A DNA stretch of 46,345 nucleotides. Origin: Candidatus Pelagibacter sp. TMED128 (lineage in GTDB: Bacteria; Pseudomonadota; Alphaproteobacteria; Pelagibacterales; Pelagibacteraceae). The notes below the pieces were generated by a model. It was not told the origin of the DNA. It was given only the letters and a program-made list of their open reading frames with translations, and searched no databases. Positions 10,978 through 20,568 of this stretch are shown piece by piece. The stretch lies in contig NHGD01000016.1 of NCBI GenBank assembly GCA_002170125.1, positions 1-46,345 of the forward strand. The letters are read 5' to 3'. Every line of letters starts with the position of its first letter. The first letter of the stretch is position 1. A program made the position numbers and the translations under genes.

Positions 10978-11031
10978 CAATAATTAACAGTAATAATAAC
11001 TATATTAGTGATAATTATGGTTTTTTCAAGA

Positions 11032-12195
11032 TTACAATTTAAATAAATCTGCTTTATCTATTTTTTCCCATGAAAATTCACCTCTATCCGAAGGTTTTCT
11101 TCCAAAATGTCCATAAGCAGAGGTAGTTTCATAAATGGGGTTGTTTAGCTTCAACATTTCTCTAATTCCTCTTGGAGATAAGTTAAAATTTTGATCAATA
11201 ATTTTTTTAACATTATAAACTTTCTCATCATCTCCGTCTGCTAATTTTATGAAAATAGATAAAGGTTTAGAAACTCCAATGGCATAAGCTAATTGTATTA
11301 AACACTTTTTAGAAACACCTGCTGACACAATATTTTTAGCTAAATATCTAGCTGCATAAGCAGCTGATCTATCAACTTTAGTAGGATCTTTTCCTGAAAA
11401 AGCACCTCCACCATGAGGAGCAGCTCCTCCATAAGTATCTACTATTATTTTTCTTCCAGTTAAACCAGTATCTCCGTCTGGTCCACCAATAACAAATTGA
11501 CCAGTTGGATTAATATAAATTTCTTTAGGATCTAAATCTTTAATATATTCTTCGGGAATAGATTTTCTAATATATGGTAATACTAAATCTCTAACCTTAT
11601 TTTGATTTAAGTCTTTTGAATGTTGTGTAGATATTACTACTGAAGTTACTTTAGTTGGTCTATTATCTTCATACAACATTGTTACTTGACTCTTGGAGTC
11701 TGGTTCAATTCCTTGAATTAAACCTTTTTTTCTATCTTCAGCCATTAATCTTAAAATCTTATGAGAAAAATGAATTGGTGCTGGCATTAAATCTTCTGTT
11801 TCAGTACAAGCATAACCAAACATAATTCCTTGATCTCCTGCACCCTCATCTTTATTATCTTTTGAGTCTACACCCATAGCGATATCGCTAGATTGCTCAT
11901 GTAAAAAAGTTTCTATATTGGCTGATTTCCAGCTAAATCCCTCTTGGTCATAACCAATATCTTTAATACACTCTCTTACTTTAGTAATTATTTCCTCTTG
12001 ATTTATTTTTGGGCCTCGAGTCTCTCCAGCTAAAACAACTTTGTTTGTTGTGGTAAGTGTTTCACAGGCTACTCGTGAAAAAGGATCTTTTGTTAAATAA
12101 GAGTCTACAATCATATCTGAGATTCTGTCACAAACTTTATCAGGGTGTCCTTCAGAAACAGATTCACTTGTAAATAAATATTTATTTTTTTCCAT
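11032..12195 (-). CDS. metK: S-adenosylmethionine synthetase
   Basis: [35 protein letters not shown]. Confidence 0.99.
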   Translation of the reverse strand: MEKNKYLFTSESVSEGHPDKVCDRISDMIVDSYLTKDPFSRVACETLTTTNKVVLAGETRGPKINQEEIITKVRECIKDIGYDQEGFSWKSANIETFLHEQSSDIAMGVDSKDNKDEGAGDQGIMFGYACTETEDLMPAPIHFSHKILRLMAEDRKKGLIQGIEPDSKSQVTMLYEDNRPTKVTSVVISTQHSKDLNQNKVRDLVLPYIRKSIPEEYIKDLDPKEIYINPTGQFVIGGPDGDTGLTGRKIIVDTYGGAAPHGGGAFSGKDPTKVDRSAAYAARYLAKNIVSAGVSKKCLIQLAYAIGVSKPLSIFIKLADGDDEKVYNVKKIIDQNFNLSPRGIREMLKLNNPIYETTSAYGHFGRKPSDRGEFSWEKIDKADLFKL

Positions 12196-13756
12196 TATTT
12201 TTTTTTTTAAAAATTATAAAGATAATTAGATATGTAAATAAAAGAATAAAAAATATCAAATCATTTTTATTTTTATATTTTGAATTTATTAGAGGAATAT
12301 CCATTTCAATACTCCCTGTTTCGTTAATATTTAGTTGTTTAATAATTTCACCTTTATTACTTATAATCGCACTGATTCCTTTGTTTGCAGATCTTACTAA
12401 ATATACATCATTTTCAATTGATCTATAAATTGCTTTCGCAAAATGTTGATAAGGACCAATTGAATTACCAAACCAACCATCCTCAGAAATATTTACTATT
12501 AAATTAGTTTCTTTATTCGCTTTTTGAGTAAGCTCTGTAAAAATAATTTCATAACAAATCAAAGGTAAAATATTCAAATTATTAAATATAAAATTGGCTT
12601 GTTTTTTTCCTTTTAAAAAAGATCCATGACCTTGAGTAATCTTCTTCAAACCTAAATTACTTAATAACATTTCGAAAGGTAGAAACTCTCCAAAAGGAAC
12701 CAATTTTTTCTTATTATATCGATGTAATATTTGAAAATTATTATTTAGAACAATTAAGCTATTAAAATAATCTCCAGAATTTTTATCTAATGTATTTATT
12801 CCTAATAAAATTAAATGATTTTTATTAAACTTACTTCTAATCAAATTATTGAATTGATAAATTTCATTGTAGCTAAAGCCTGCAAAAATACCTTCAGGCC
12901 AAATAAATAAAGTTTCTCTGTCAGGATCTGGGTCGCTATATCTAATGAGTTTGTTTAATTTTTTTTCTACTTCCTGTATAGATGAATTATATTCTAATTT
13001 AAAATTAGGAGATATAATTTTAGTATAAATTTTTTTGTTATCATTTAGATAATTTTCTAATGCTTTATTTTTATTAATTGAAAAAGTTCCGTAAATATAA
13101 ACTGAAAAAATAAATAAAAATGTCAAACTTGTTGTTAAGATTTTTTTATTGAAACTACTGTTAAAAAAAAGTGACGCTGGTATTGTAAAAATTGTTATAA
13201 CTATTAGATTAAAAGCAAATAAACCGAAAAGATTAATAATTTGTAAGACTTCAATAAGCCAAGACCAACTATAGCTCCATAAATTCCAAGGGAAACCTGT
13301 TAAAATTTTACTTCTCAAATAATCAGATAAAGCAAAAGCTCCAGAAAATAATAAAATTGATGAAAAATTATAACTTAAAAATCTTCCAACCATTAAAGTG
13401 GTTAAGCCTGTAAAGATACTTAAGAAAAAAGGTATAAATATTAAAGCGACTGGAATCAAAAACTTAAAACTATCATCAAAAGTTAAAGAATAAGTAATCC
13501 AAAAAATCCCACATAAATAAAAACCAAATCCAAAGAGAAAACCAGTCAAAAATAAATTTCTATGATACGGTTTCTTTCTATAAATGCTTTTGGATTTTTT
13601 TTTTATATAAACAAGAAGAAAAAATAAAACAGGAAATAATATAAAATTTATAAATGAAAAATTAAAAGGCTGAAATGAAAAGACTGTCAGAGAACCTAAA
13701 GAAAAAGGAAGAAGGTATAATATTATTAACCTATTATTTAAAATTTTTTCTAACAT
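12182..13756 (-). CDS. lnt: apolipoprotein N-acyltransferase
   Basis: Multiple TM helices; GFPWN, IWPEG, KLVPFGE, LICYE (E-K-C triad), EDGWFG, VRSANKG. Confidence 0.95.
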   Translation of the reverse strand: MLEKILNNRLIILYLLPFSLGSLTVFSFQPFNFSFINFILFPVLFFLLVYIKKKSKSIYRKKPYHRNLFLTGFLFGFGFYLCGIFWITYSLTFDDSFKFLIPVALIFIPFFLSIFTGLTTLMVGRFLSYNFSSILLFSGAFALSDYLRSKILTGFPWNLWSYSWSWLIEVLQIINLFGLFAFNLIVITIFTIPASLFFNSSFNKKILTTSLTFLFIFSVYIYGTFSINKNKALENYLNDNKKIYTKIISPNFKLEYNSSIQEVEKKLNKLIRYSDPDPDRETLFIWPEGIFAGFSYNEIYQFNNLIRSKFNKNHLILLGINTLDKNSGDYFNSLIVLNNNFQILHRYNKKKLVPFGEFLPFEMLLSNLGLKKITQGHGSFLKGKKQANFIFNNLNILPLICYEIIFTELTQKANKETNLIVNISEDGWFGNSIGPYQHFAKAIYRSIENDVYLVRSANKGISAIISNKGEIIKQLNINETGSIEMDIPLINSKYKNKNDLIFFILLFTYLIIFIIFKKKNNGKK

Positions 13757-14221
13757 TTAATTTAAATGCTTTAAATATTTTTTTTCCAATTTATTCATAA
13801 TTTTGAAATCTTTTTCTTTGTAATGTTTATTTCCAAATAAATGAATTAACCCATGGACCCAAAGCTTATTGAATTCTTCATAAAACTTACTTTTATTATT
13901 CTTACTTTTAATTTTGTTTAAATTAATTATTATGTCTCCAAGATAAATTTCTTTTTCTTTTTTTATTTTTTTTTTTAATTCATCACTTTTATAAAATGGG
14001 AAAGACAATATATCTGTAGATTTATCTTTATTTCTAAATTTTTTATTTAGTTTCTTTATTTCTTTTGTTCCAGATAATAATAAAGAACAAACCAAAATAT
14101 TTTTTTTGTAAGAAATATTTTTTTTATTAAGAGATCTTAATTTTTGATCAATAAAACTACTTGGATTTTTTAAATATTTTGTCCAACTTATATTATTTAA
14201 AATTACATTAATCTTTATCAT
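13757..14221 (-). CDS. ybeY: rRNA maturation RNase YbeY
   Basis: LN..FRNKDKSTDILSFP, YLGDIII, HGLIHLFGNKH; follows phoH. Confidence 0.93.
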   Translation of the reverse strand: MIKINVILNNISWTKYLKNPSSFIDQKLRSLNKKNISYKKNILVCSLLLSGTKEIKKLNKKFRNKDKSTDILSFPFYKSDELKKKIKKEKEIYLGDIIINLNKIKSKNNKSKFYEEFNKLWVHGLIHLFGNKHYKEKDFKIMNKLEKKYLKHLN

Positions 14222-15212
14222 CAGTGCTTTTTTTTTGATAAGCCCGAATAATCTTTGAAACTAATGGATGTCTAACAACATCTGTATGATCAAATTCTAT
14301 AATCTTAATTTCATTTAAATTTTTTAAAATTTCTTTTGATTTAATAAGACCAGACTGCGATTTATTTATTAAGTCTATTTGAGATGGATCACCATTAACA
14401 GCCAATTTTGAGTTTTCGCCTATCCTAGTTAAAAACATTTTTATTTGAGTTTCAGTTGCATTTTGTGCTTCATCTAAAATTGCAAAACAATTTTTTAATG
14501 TCCTTCCTCTCATAAATGCTAAAGGTGCAATTTCAATTTCTCCACTCTCAATTTTTTTATCTATTTTATCTGCGCCAAATAACTCATATAAAGCATCATA
14601 AAGTGGTCTTAAGTAAGGGTCGACTTTTTCTTTCATATCTCCTGGCAAAAATCCAAGTTTTTCTCCAGCTTCAACAGCAGGTCTTGATAGTATCACTCTT
14701 TCTATTTTTTTTTCTAGCAATAAGGTGACAGCTACTGAAACAGCTAAAAAACTTTTTCCTGTTCCTGCTGGTCCAAGAGACATGGTAATTTCATTTTCTT
14801 TTAACGCCTTTATATAATCTGATTGCTTTTCTGATCTTGCTATAACTGATTTTCTAGGCGTCTTAATTAATTGTTGAAACGATTTTATGTTTGACTCTTC
14901 TTGTTTCATATTTTTTTTAACTGATAATACTATATCGCTCTTTTCTACAAGATTAGTCAAAAGGTATTTGTTGATTAAAAATTTAATTGCTTCTGAAAAT
15001 TCTTCTAAATTTCTCTTTTTTCCCTTACAAGTGATAGAGTTACCTCTAAAAAAAATAATAGTATTAGTTAGTTTTTCTAATTCCTTCAGATTTTGATTAA
15101 ATTGACCAACTATAGCCATCAACATCTCATTGCTATTAATTTGAATATTAACTGTTTCAGAATCTATTTTTTTAATAATCAATCTTTGATCTAGTTTACT
15201 TATCTCTGACAT
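14208..15212 (-). CDS. phoH: PhoH-like ATPase (YbeZ); start moved to ATG at 15212
   Basis: GPAGTGKS, RPAVEAGEKLGFLPGD, PLAFMRGRT, DEAQN, VVRHPLV. Confidence 0.95.
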   Translation of the reverse strand: MSEISKLDQRLIIKKIDSETVNIQINSNEMLMAIVGQFNQNLKELEKLTNTIIFFRGNSITCKGKKRNLEEFSEAIKFLINKYLLTNLVEKSDIVLSVKKNMKQEESNIKSFQQLIKTPRKSVIARSEKQSDYIKALKENEITMSLGPAGTGKSFLAVSVAVTLLLEKKIERVILSRPAVEAGEKLGFLPGDMKEKVDPYLRPLYDALYELFGADKIDKKIESGEIEIAPLAFMRGRTLKNCFAILDEAQNATETQIKMFLTRIGENSKLAVNGDPSQIDLINKSQSGLIKSKEILKNLNEIKIIEFDHTDVVRHPLVSKIIRAYQKKSTDDKD

Positions 15213-15217
15213 AAATT

Positions 15218-16555
15218 TTATGCAGCACACTCCTCTCTTTTTTTCATATCCGATATAAGATTGCCAAACAAAGTATTTTGGTTACATTCATTAAACTTTA
15301 CTACTTTAGTTTTTCCGATTAAATTATCATTACTCTCTACAATTACAGAATTAAAATATTCATCTCTTCCAAAAAATTTGTTTCCATTTTTAATTTTATT
15401 TTCAAATAAAACTTTAGCAGTAGAATTAATAAGTTTTTTTCTATAATTTTTTTTTATATCATCAGAAACTTTTTGAAAAACTTTTAATCTATCTTTAGCA
15501 ACTTGTTTGTCTATTTCTTTCATATTTGCAGCTGGTGTTCCAGGTCTAGGACTAAATATAAAAGAATATGAATTAATGAACTTAACTTTTTTCATTAATG
15601 ATATTGTTTTTTCAAAATCTTCCTGGGTTTCTTCCGGATAGGCAATAATAAAGTCACTTGAAAATTTTATAGATGAATTTTTTTCTTTGAGTTTTTCAAT
15701 TATTTGTAAATAATCTTCTACAGTGTGATTCCTATTCATCTTTTTTAAAATTTTTGAAGAACCACTTTGAACTGGTAAATGGAGTATTGGCATTAATTTT
15801 TCACAATTGTGATGTGTTTCAATTAAATCTTCCGTAAAATCTCTTGGATGAGATGTGGTGTATCTTATTCTTTTTAAATCTTCAATTTCACTTAACAAAT
15901 ATATTAAATCTGAAAGTTTTTTATCTTTAAATTGATAAGCATTAACATTTTGCCCTAATAAAATGATTTCTTTAGCTCCATTGTAAACAAGTTGTTTCGC
16001 TTCAATTAGAATTTCAGACAAAGATCTAGAATATTCAGGTCCTCTAGTATAAGGAACAACACAAAATTTACAAAATTTATCACATCCTTCTTGAATAGTT
16101 AAAAAGGATGATATTTGACTATCAGAATTTTTTATTACATTAAGTTCATCAAATTTACTTATTGCCTCAAATTCTGTTGAATTTATTTTATCATTTTTAT
16201 TTTCTAAATTTAAAAGTATTCTGTTTATTTTGTGATAAGACTGAGGCCCAACAACAGCATCAATATATTTTTCATTTTTTAATAAAATTTCTCCTTCGGC
16301 TTGAGCTACACATCCTGCTATTAAGACGATTGGTTTTTTTTTATTTCTAAATTCTTTTTTTAATCTTCCAATGTCATGATAAACTTTTTGAGTAGCCTTT
16401 TCTCTAATGTGACAAGTGTTTAGTACATAACAATTAGCTTCCTCTATATTTTTAGTAGAAGAGTAATTAATTTTTTTCACTAGGTCTAATATACGATTAC
16501 TATCGTATTCATTCATTTGACAGCCTAGTGTTTTAATAAATATTTTTTTTGACAA
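15218..16555 (-). CDS. miaB: tRNA-2-methylthio-N6-dimethylallyladenosine synthase (probable TTG start at 16555)
   Basis: TLGCQMNEYDS, NTCHIREKA, radical SAM CDKFCKFC, YTTSHP, C-terminal TRAM domain. Confidence 0.96.
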   Translation of the reverse strand: MSKKIFIKTLGCQMNEYDSNRILDLVKKINYSSTKNIEEANCYVLNTCHIREKATQKVYHDIGRLKKEFRNKKKPIVLIAGCVAQAEGEILLKNEKYIDAVVGPQSYHKINRILLNLENKNDKINSTEFEAISKFDELNVIKNSDSQISSFLTIQEGCDKFCKFCVVPYTRGPEYSRSLSEILIEAKQLVYNGAKEIILLGQNVNAYQFKDKKLSDLIYLLSEIEDLKRIRYTTSHPRDFTEDLIETHHNCEKLMPILHLPVQSGSSKILKKMNRNHTVEDYLQIIEKLKEKNSSIKFSSDFIIAYPEETQEDFEKTISLMKKVKFINSYSFIFSPRPGTPAANMKEIDKQVAKDRLKVFQKVSDDIKKNYRKKLINSTAKVLFENKIKNGNKFFGRDEYFNSVIVESNDNLIGKTKVVKFNECNQNTLFGNLISDMKKREECAA

Positions 16556-16556
16556 T

Positions 16557-16982
16557 TTATTTTTTAATTTTTGAACCGTATAACTCCAGTTTGTGATCAA
16601 CAAGTTTATAACCTAATTTTTTAGCTACTTCGACTTGTAACTTTTCAATTTCTTTATCAACAAATTCTACAATTTCTCCACTATTGATATCTATTAAATG
16701 ATCATGATGTTCATCAGGTGATTTTTCATATCTTGCCTTTCCACCTTTAAAATCGTGTTTTTCCACAATACCAGACTCTTCAAACAATTTTACAGTTCTA
16801 TAAACTGTTGCGATGCTAATCTTGTTATCAATTTCACTAACTCTTTTATGCAGCTCATCGACATCGGGATGATCTTTTGCGCCATATTTATCTTTAGAGT
16901 CTGACATTACTTGAGCTATGATCTTTCTTTGATCAGTTAATCTAACTCCTTTTGATTTACATTTTTCCTCTATAGCATTCAT
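16557..16982 (-). CDS. fur: Fur-family metalloregulator (Fur/Mur)
   Basis: HPDVDELH, SIATVYRTVKLF, HHDHLID, LVDHKLELYG. Confidence 0.92.
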   Translation of the reverse strand: MNAIEEKCKSKGVRLTDQRKIIAQVMSDSKDKYGAKDHPDVDELHKRVSEIDNKISIATVYRTVKLFEESGIVEKHDFKGGKARYEKSPDEHHDHLIDINSGEIVEFVDKEIEKLQVEVAKKLGYKLVDHKLELYGSKIKK

Positions 16983-16994
16983 ATCTAAACTAAT

Positions 16995-17378
16995 TTAACT
17001 TAAATATACTGGTTTTATCAATTTTTTTTCAATTAAATTTTTATTAATTAAAACTTCAATATTTTCAAGGTTAAATTGAGATAAATCTTCATCCTTAAAT
17101 CCAAATAACTTTGCATTATTTGATATTTCAATTCCTTTTGCTACTGCCAAAGCTACTCTAATAGTTGAAAAGCTGCCAGGTCCATTGTTCACAAGAACTG
17201 TAAAATTTTCATCAATATTTGCTTTGTGCTTATTGGTAAAATTTAATATGGTTGATACTAGAGTTTCGTTATTTTTAATTTTAGTTTGAAAATCATGGAT
17301 AAAAAAATTATTATTTATTCTTAAACCAATTTTATCATTTTTGCCTGTGCAACTTATTATTAAAAAATTTTCAATCAT
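16995..17378 (-). CDS. tsaB: short TsaB (YeaZ)-like t6A biosynthesis protein
   Basis: VNNGPGSFSTIRVALAVAKGI matches the TsaB GPGSFTGxR motif; usual position upstream of fur-miaB; only 127 aa. Confidence 0.75.
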   Translation of the reverse strand: MIENFLIISCTGKNDKIGLRINNNFFIHDFQTKIKNNETLVSTILNFTNKHKANIDENFTVLVNNGPGSFSTIRVALAVAKGIEISNNAKLFGFKDEDLSQFNLENIEVLINKNLIEKKLIKPVYLS

Positions 17379-18402
17379 TTTTATATTTATAATTTTTTTA
17401 TTTCCTCAAAACAAATCATATTCTACTTCTCAATTAAAAAGTTTTGATGATTATGGTTTGATATCAATAATGTACCATAGATTTAATGAAAGCAAATATC
17501 CTTCCACAAATATACAATTAGATATATTTAAAGAACAGCTAAAACTAATTGAAAATGAAGGTATAGAATTTATTAGTCCAATAAATTTCAAAGAAAGCCT
17601 CTATCAAAATAAAAAAAAAAGGAAAATTTTATTAACAATAGATGATGCTTTAATATCATTTTATGAAAATGCATGGCCAATACTTAAAGAAAAGAAAATA
17701 CCTTTTATCTTGTTTGTGAGTACCAGGGAGGTTGGTTCTTTTAATTATATGAATTGGGATCAGATTCTTGAATTACACAACGCTGATAATGTAGAAATTG
17801 GAAACCATAGTCATTCACATGAATATCTTGTTGATGAAAGTCCAGAAGTAATTAAAAATGATATTTTAAGATCAATTGAAATTTTCAATAAAAAACTTGG
17901 AAGTAATTCAAAATTTTTTTCATATCCCTTTGGTGAATATAGTTTAGAGTTTAAAAGAATAATTAAAGAACTTGGTTTTGACTATGCCTTTGGACAACAC
18001 TCAGGTGTGATTGATGAGTCGAAAGATTTATGGGAGTTACCAAGATTTCCAATTAATGAAAAATATGGAGAGTTAAATAGATTTAAAACTCTAATAAAAA
18101 CTCTACCTCTTAAATATACAAAGATTATTCCAGAGGATAAATATTTACTACAATCAAAAAACCCACCAAATGTTAAGATTTTTTTTAAAGAAAATATTAA
18201 TAACTTAGAAAACATTAACTGTTTTTCCAATGAAGGTGATAAATGGAGAAATTCTAAAATTTCTTTTGTTGAAAAAAATACTTTAGAGATAAAAATTGAA
18301 GAAAAATTTATTGGTGAGCGAGGTAGAATAAATTGTTCCTTAAAAGAAAATGATGGGTTTTGGCGTTGGTTAGGTGTTCAGTTTGTAATTGCTGAAAAAT
18401 AA
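17347..18402 (+). CDS. exported polysaccharide deacetylase (CE4, PgaB/IcaB-like); start uncertain (TTG 17341 or GTG 17347)
   Basis: Signal peptide; IMYHRF, LLTIDDA, GNHSHSH, FSYPFGEY, LPRFPINE. Confidence 0.88.
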   Translation: MQLIIKKFSIIFIFIIFLFPQNKSYSTSQLKSFDDYGLISIMYHRFNESKYPSTNIQLDIFKEQLKLIENEGIEFISPINFKESLYQNKKKRKILLTIDDALISFYENAWPILKEKKIPFILFVSTREVGSFNYMNWDQILELHNADNVEIGNHSHSHEYLVDESPEVIKNDILRSIEIFNKKLGSNSKFFSYPFGEYSLEFKRIIKELGFDYAFGQHSGVIDESKDLWELPRFPINEKYGELNRFKTLIKTLPLKYTKIIPEDKYLLQSKNPPNVKIFFKENINNLENINCFSNEGDKWRNSKISFVEKNTLEIKIEEKFIGERGRINCSLKENDGFWRWLGVQFVIAEK

Positions 18403-18405
18403 ATT

Positions 18406-19992
18406 TTATAAATTAAGCTCTCTTTTTTTTGATCCAGAATTTGCTAGTCTAACTGGCTCAAAATCCATTAGTCTATTTTGGACAATAATTTGTGCTAAAA
18501 TTTTAATATACTCATTTCCAGTTTGAGCATAATTTCCTAAAGTTTTTGATAATTCTAAACCATTAAGTTTTTTATTTTTTTTTCTAAGTTCTTTTCTTTT
18601 TTCTCTAAATTTTACGTAACTTTTATGAGTATTTAAATTATTTTGATAAGCCTTTACTGATGCCCTTAAAATTGGAAATTTTAATATTTTGTGATTTTTA
18701 GATTTATCTCTATTTAAAGGCGCAATTCCTGATCCATCCCAAGTCCATTGACCAAATATAGCATTACCTTCTAATGCAAAACGAGAAGTTCCCCACCCAC
18801 TTTCTTTGGCAGCTTGAGCTAAAGCTAAAGAATTTGGAATTATATCTAATCTATTTGTTAACTCTTCTACGCTTCCTTTTTTAACTTTGTACTCTAAAAA
18901 TTTTTGTCTCAGCCACTGTTTTTCTCCATCAGTAGTAAATTTTTTTGAGGAAATTTTTTTTAATTTTTCTCTGTCATATAATATTTTCTCATTTTCAGCG
19001 ACAATCAATGGAAGAACAATTTTTATGAAAGTTTCCTTTTTCAATTTGCTACTTTGAATAGCATTTAAGTCTTTGGGAAATTGAGTAAAATAAATAGGTT
19101 TTACTATTTTTTCGAACCTAACTTTATTTAAACTGTAATCTACATCTTTAAATAAATTTAATACTGTTTCAGTTTTTAAGTTTAAATCAGGTAAAATAAC
19201 TTCAGCAACTTTTTCCTTAGGCTTAGTTTTGGGTTTTTTTACTTGTTTTTCAATTTTATTTGAAGGTTTTTTTACTTTCTTTTCAGCTTTATCGATTGAT
19301 TTTTTTACTTTCTTTTCAGCTTTGTCTACTGGCTTTTGGATTTGTTTTTTTACTACTTGATCTTTAGTAGATTTATCAAAGTCATAAAATGTTGAGACAC
19401 CAGAAATTACAACAGTAATAATTCCGGCGATAACAAAAAAACTTACAATAACTCGACCAGTTTTACCTTTATTAATTTGCTGACTATAAATTCCGTGAAA
19501 CAAGTTTGTAAAAAAATTTGAAAAAAAATTAGAATAAGTTTGACCTAATTTAGGTATTATATTTAAGAAGCCAAGACCTGCGTTACCGATAGATTTCCAA
19601 AGATTTTGTAAAGAATTAGTTATCAAGTTAATGAAACCTAGACCTGAATTAAAAATAGATCTCCAAAAATTATAAAAAAAGCTAGAAATTGATCTAGAAC
19701 TATCTTCTTTGAAATAAACTATCTTTCTTGAGACTTTATTAACTGCTTTCGAAGAATCTTCTTTTATGTCGTCAATACGTTTTGAAACCTTAGATAAAGG
19801 TTTAGAAATATTTTCTTTAAAAAAATTTGTTTTAAAATCTTTAGGAATAACTATTTTATTTTTTCTTAAAATTAATTCTAATTGTCCAGAAGTTAAGTTT
19901 TTTTTACTTTTAATATAGTCTTGAATTTCTTTAACGCTATAGATATTTGCAAGTTCTAGTAATTTATCTCTGTAAGTAAGTTTTTTTTTCAT
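18406..19992 (-). CDS. Bax/GH73-like glucosaminidase-domain protein with long repetitive N-terminus and one TM anchor
   Basis: C-terminal IPNSLALAQAAKESGWGTSRFALEGNAIFGQWT and Y..NLNTH..Y..FR motifs; TM helix VIVSFFVIAGIITVVISGV. Confidence 0.85.
   Translation of the reverse strand: MKKKLTYRDKLLELANIYSVKEIQDYIKSKKNLTSGQLELILRKNKIVIPKDFKTNFFKENISKPLSKVSKRIDDIKEDSSKAVNKVSRKIVYFKEDSSRSISSFFYNFWRSIFNSGLGFINLITNSLQNLWKSIGNAGLGFLNIIPKLGQTYSNFFSNFFTNLFHGIYSQQINKGKTGRVIVSFFVIAGIITVVISGVSTFYDFDKSTKDQVVKKQIQKPVDKAEKKVKKSIDKAEKKVKKPSNKIEKQVKKPKTKPKEKVAEVILPDLNLKTETVLNLFKDVDYSLNKVRFEKIVKPIYFTQFPKDLNAIQSSKLKKETFIKIVLPLIVAENEKILYDREKLKKISSKKFTTDGEKQWLRQKFLEYKVKKGSVEELTNRLDIIPNSLALAQAAKESGWGTSRFALEGNAIFGQWTWDGSGIAPLNRDKSKNHKILKFPILRASVKAYQNNLNTHKSYVKFREKRKELRKKNKKLNGLELSKTLGNYAQTGNEYIKILAQIIVQNRLMDFEPVRLANSGSKKRELNL
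19234..19345 (-). repeat. 33-bp in-frame tandem repeat (about 3 copies, 11-aa unit DKAEKKVKKxx)
   Basis: TTTTTTTACTTTCTTTTCAGCTTT at 19267 and 19300; degenerate copy at about 19234; period 33. Confidence 0.85.
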
Positions 19993-19993
19993 A

Positions 19994-20554
19994 CTAGTTT
20001 GCTTCTACTGAGTTTACCTCTTTAACATAATGTTTTAAAAGATTTTGAACCCCCTGTTTAAGTGTCATTAAAGAACTTGGGCAACCTGAGCAACTACCTT
20101 GTAGCTCAACTTTAACAACCCCTTTTTCAAATGATTTGAATTTTATATCTCCTCCATCTCTTGCTACTGCTGGTCTAATTTTAGTATCAAGAACATCAAT
20201 TATTTTTTTAACTGTATCATCCTCATTATTATCTTTATTATCTTTATTTGTATTCTGAAAATTTTCTTTTTTCAAAATAGGGTCATTACTATTTTCAAAA
20301 TAATGATTTAAATGAGAAATGACCATAGGTTTTAATTCAGTCCAAGAAATATTCTTTGTTTTTTTTACTGATAAAAAATTTTTAGAGAGCAAGACTAATT
20401 CTACTCCTTTAAATTCTAGCAATTCTTTAATAAAAGGATTTGCAATTTTATTAATATCTTTTCTCTGAAATTCTTCAGTCCCAACTTCTGAAATAATGTT
20501 TTCAGACAAAAACTTTAAAGACTCAGGGTTTGGTGTTGGCTCTGTATGGATCAT
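19994..20554 (-). CDS. nfuA: NifU/NfuA-type Fe-S cluster carrier
   Basis: Nfu N-terminal TEPTPNPESLKF; IRPAVARDGGDI..GSCSGCPSS (CxxC). Confidence 0.9.
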   Translation of the reverse strand: MIHTEPTPNPESLKFLSENIISEVGTEEFQRKDINKIANPFIKELLEFKGVELVLLSKNFLSVKKTKNISWTELKPMVISHLNHYFENSNDPILKKENFQNTNKDNKDNNEDDTVKKIIDVLDTKIRPAVARDGGDIKFKSFEKGVVKVELQGSCSGCPSSLMTLKQGVQNLLKHYVKEVNSVEAN

Positions 20555-20568
20555 TTAAATATTATATA

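Noticed and set aside
16556-16603. ORF-track N-terminal extension of miaB (likewise infB 9386-9403 and phoH 15213-15230)
   Set aside because: These overlap the upstream genes; homology begins at downstream starts that abut the upstream stop codons.
19234-19345. 33-bp repeats as a possible CRISPR array
   Set aside because: In-frame tandem coding repeats without unique spacers; no cas genes in the window.
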